Assembly (NCBI GenBank): GCA_964407875.1
Contig: CAYOXH010000001.1
Coordinates: forward strand, 1 to 24,000
Direction: 5' to 3'
Length of the DNA: 24,000 nucleotides
Source: an uncultured Gammaproteobacteria bacterium
GTDB taxonomy: Bacteria; Patescibacteriota; Patescibacteriia; UBA2169
The notes below the pieces were generated by a model that saw only the letters and a list, made by a program, of their open reading frames with translations, had not been told where the DNA came from and made no database searches. Shown here piece by piece: positions 21,693 through 24,000 of this stretch (position 1 is the stretch's first letter; the number at the start of each line of letters is the position of its first letter). The position numbers were made by a program, and so were the translations under genes.

Positions 21693-21926
21693 GCTTATTA
21701 ATTAAATCATTCAGTCACAGCAGTTTTTGATAGGCAGAATACTTGATTTTTACTACATTTTTTGGAATTTTTCTTAATAAAAACCATGAAAATAGTATCA
21801 AATAAAAAGGATATTTTTTGCTCTAGATAAGTGTGTTTTGCGCTTTTGCGCAAATGATTAGATACTATTTTCAATCTGTAAATACAATTCTGCCCTATCA
21901 TTTTCAGTGACTGATTAGAAGATGAT
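21693..21926 (+). promoter_or_regulatory. long structured 5' leader of rny, or an independent small RNA
   Basis: Collinear long-range pairing joins tcagtcac (21711-21718) to gtgactga (21907-21914). gataggcagaat (21729-21740) pairs with attctgccctatc (21887-21899, one bulged C). An inner 11-bp stem pairs aaaatagtatc (21789-21799) with gatactatttt (21861-21871). A hairpin tttgcgc-tttt-gcgcaaa lies at 21837-21854. Confidence 0.4.
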
Positions 21927-23450
21927 ATGGAAATAATTACAATAATTAAAATCGTCCTAGTATCTGGGGTCGGTTTTTTGTTGGGCTATGTTATACGCCG
22001 TGCTTTGGCTACGCGTTCTGTTTCTAGCGCAGAAGCAAAAGCAGAACATATATTGCAAGACGCACGAGCCAAGCAAAAAGAACTATTACTTGAGGCCAAA
22101 GATAAGTCCTTAGGAGTAATTGAAGAGGCAAAAAAAGAAGAAACATCTCGTAGGCGAGATTTGGCGCACGCGCAGCAGCGTCTTGAAAAAAGAGAAAGTT
22201 TGTTTGATAAAAAGTTGATGGATTTAGAGGGCAAGAATACTCAACTGCAGGATAAATCAAGCCAACTTGAAAAAGCAAAACAAGAGATTCAAACCATCCG
22301 AGAGCAGCAAATGGAAAAACTAGAAAAAATCGCAGGGCTTTCGCAGGAAGAGGCAAAAAATGTATTGCTTGAGAATATTGAAATTAGGTCAAAAGATGAA
22401 ATTCTTAACCGTCTTAGAAAACTAGATGATGTTGGTTCAGAAGAGTGGGACGAAAAGGCGCGTCATTTGCTTTCGTCTGCTTTAGAGAGATGCGCATCTA
22501 GCCACGCGGTTGAAACAACTACTACTTCGCTTACCTTGCCTTCGGATGAAATGAAGGGGCGCATTATTGGAAAGGAAGGCCGCAACATTAAAACACTTGA
22601 ACAACTAACTGGTGTTGAAATTATTATTGATGAAACACCTGAAACATTACTTATCTCTGGATTCAGCCCAATTCGCAGGCACTTGGCAAAGAAGTCCTTA
22701 GAGCGATTAATGGTTGATGGAAGAATTCATCCTGGGCGCATAGAAGAATCTGTTGAAGAAGCAAAAAAAGAGATTGCATTAGAAATGAAAAAAGCAGGTG
22801 AAGAGGCCGCCTATGACGCAGGCGTTGCTGGTTTGCACCCAAAGCTTGTTCAAATTCTGGGGCGCCTTAAATACCGCACTAGTTATGGCCAGCATGTGCT
22901 TCAGCACTCTGTTGAAGTATCTCATTTATCTGTTCTATTAGCAGAAGAACTTGGCGCAAATATAGAACTAGCTCGCAAGGGCGGCTTATTGCATGATATT
23001 GGTAAAGCAGTTGACCACGAAATAGAGGGCGGGCATCCTAAAATTGGATTTGATATATGTAAAAAATTCGGCTTGCCAGAAGAAGTAGGGCAAGTTTGCC
23101 TTACGCACCATGACGATCATCCAGAGATGCTTGAATCAGTTATTGTTAAGGTTGCAGACGCAGTTTCTGGAGCGCGGCCAGGAGCGCGTAAAGATACTTA
23201 TGAGCACTACTTACAGCGCCTTACAGAACTAGAGGATATTGCAACTGGTTTTGAGGGAGTTGATAAGACATACGCAATTCAAGCAGGCCGTGAAATACGT
23301 ATCTTTGTTAAGCCAGAAGAAGTTGATGACTTTGCTGCGCATGAATTAGCTAGAAATATTGCAGATAAAATTGAGGCAGAACTAAAATACCCAGGAGAAA
23401 TAAAGGTGAATGTTATTCGCGATTCTCGTGTGATTGAGTACGCTCGATAA
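21927..23450 (+). CDS. rny: ribonuclease Y
   Basis: 507 aa. N-terminal membrane helix, long coiled-coil (AK.EA....EA......), KH domain (GRIIGKEGRNIK.LE..TGVEIIID) and HD domain (HS.EV..L...LA.ELG, LLHDIGK). Confidence 0.96.
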   Translation: MEIITIIKIVLVSGVGFLLGYVIRRALATRSVSSAEAKAEHILQDARAKQKELLLEAKDKSLGVIEEAKKEETSRRRDLAHAQQRLEKRESLFDKKLMDLEGKNTQLQDKSSQLEKAKQEIQTIREQQMEKLEKIAGLSQEEAKNVLLENIEIRSKDEILNRLRKLDDVGSEEWDEKARHLLSSALERCASSHAVETTTTSLTLPSDEMKGRIIGKEGRNIKTLEQLTGVEIIIDETPETLLISGFSPIRRHLAKKSLERLMVDGRIHPGRIEESVEEAKKEIALEMKKAGEEAAYDAGVAGLHPKLVQILGRLKYRTSYGQHVLQHSVEVSHLSVLLAEELGANIELARKGGLLHDIGKAVDHEIEGGHPKIGFDICKKFGLPEEVGQVCLTHHDDHPEMLESVIVKVADAVSGARPGARKDTYEHYLQRLTELEDIATGFEGVDKTYAIQAGREIRIFVKPEEVDDFAAHELARNIADKIEAELKYPGEIKVNVIRDSRVIEYAR

Positions 23451-23500
23451 AAGGAGCGATGCTAATCTACGAATGACATGCGAATGATACGAATAGAGAT

Positions 23501-23632
23501 GTCATTGCGAGGGAGCGTACTCGCGATCGCGGCAATCTTATCAACGAATCGAAGTATGATTTTGCATAAGCGTGCCATACCTCGACGATAGGATTGCCGC
23601 GTCGTCCTGAGTACAGGACTCCTCGCAATGAC
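23501..23632. repeat. gtcattgcgag-type palindromic element, copy C (132 bp)
   Basis: Perfect 12-bp termini gtcattgcgagg/cctcgcaatgac. The inner pair is gcggcaatc (23529-23537) with gattgccgc (23592-23600). A gtcctg-agta-caggac hairpin shares ctgagtac with copy A. It lies between the rny stop and its terminator. Confidence 0.85.
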
Positions 23633-23642
23633 AAGACAAAAA

Positions 23643-23670
23643 CAACCCGTCGAATCGGCGGGCTGTTTTG
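23643..23670 (+). terminator. probable rny terminator
   Basis: cccgtc-gaatc-ggcggg forms a stem (6 bp including G-U), followed by ctgttttgatttaatttttttt. Confidence 0.5.
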
Positions 23671-23719
23671 ATTTAATTTTTTTTGGTATACTGTTTCTAC
23701 TAACAAGTAAATTATATAT

Positions 23720-24000
23720 ATGCGTCCAAAGGAATTACACACAAAAATATTTCTAGATGGAGGAGATCCAGAGGAGACAAAGAAAGCAATTGAATTACTT
23801 GGGTTTTTAGATGGGCAAACAACAAATCCTACGCTTATTTCAAAAAACCCAGATGCTCTTGCAAGAATACAAAAAAAAGATTTGTTTTCTAAGGAGGAGG
23901 TATATGATTTTTACAAAGGTGTAGTACTTGAACTTTCTGGTCTTTTGCCAGATGGTTCAATCTCCGTGGAAGTATACGCGGATAGCAGTACAACAAAAGA
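23720..24000 (+). CDS. transaldolase family protein (fructose-6-phosphate aldolase-like), 5' part only; runs off the window
   Basis: My own translation from the ATG at 23720 is MRPKELHTKIFLDGGDPEETKKAIELLGFLDGQTTNPTLISKNP... The IFLDGGD and GxTTNPTLI motifs are typical of short transaldolases. It is absent from the ORF track because no stop falls in the window. Confidence 0.75.
   Translation, partial: MRPKELHTKIFLDGGDPEETKKAIELLGFLDGQTTNPTLISKNPDALARIQKKDLFSKEEVYDFYKGVVLELSGLLPDGSISVEVYADSSTTK

Noticed and set aside
21707-21901. 64-aa minus-strand ORF in the rny upstream region
   Set aside because: It has no SD or promoter, a Lys/Phe/Ile-rich composition expected from AT-rich non-coding DNA, and coincides with the inverted-repeat structure.
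21711-21914. Calling the rny-upstream inverted repeat a 6S RNA or a MITE
   Set aside because: A long closing helix is compatible with 6S, but I cannot identify the central bubble or conserved features by eye. I see no target-site duplication and no second copy in the window for a MITE. It is kept only as an unclassified structured-RNA candidate.
23467-23742. 91-aa minus-strand ORF
   Set aside because: It reads straight through palindromic element C and the rny terminator. ORFs of this kind are typical artefacts of gtcattgcgag-type repeats.
1-24000. Alternative genetic code (UGA recoding, as in some CPR-related lineages)
   Set aside because: Long conserved ORFs are intact under the standard code, and TGA terminates rluD at the expected protein length.

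Overview
Low-GC, very compact housekeeping locus with 24 protein genes (one truncated at the right edge) and one tRNA. Gene content and style fit a Patescibacteria/CPR-like bacterium: small proteins, gene fusions, almost no Shine-Dalgarno sequences and gtcatcctgag-type palindromic elements. This lineage call is an inference. The standard genetic code applies, since TGA is used as a stop. Recognisable genes are rpsF-ssb-rpsR, an RNA methyltransferase, ychF, polA-holA, rpsT, gmk, rluD, cca, tRNA-Ile(UAU), infB-rbfA-nrnA, clpP, rny and a transaldolase start. I see no CRISPR array, transposase, rRNA or recognisable defence operon. Seven things stand out. (1) A family of 'duplicated-word' hairpins and arrays has one architecture but a different 7-9 nt word at each site, and related sequence sits in frame inside polA, rpsF, infB and the rbfA tail. 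(2) A 24-nt GC-rich hairpin, gccagaggc-N6-gcctctggc, lies inside two unrelated CDSs. (3) Three gtcatcctgag/gtcattgcgag palindromic elements sit at operon junctions. (4) Two GC-rich single-gene cassettes with strong SDs lie in an otherwise SD-less, AT-rich background; one encodes a signal-peptide beta-strand-rich protein just upstream of infB. (5) An operon encodes a TRAX/translin-like nuclease, an acylphosphatase-UppS fusion and a very acidic orphan. (6) A roughly 230-nt structured leader or sRNA candidate precedes rny. (7) tRNA-Ile carries a genomically encoded UAU anticodon. All calls rest on reading the sequence and ORF translations by eye; no searches were run.
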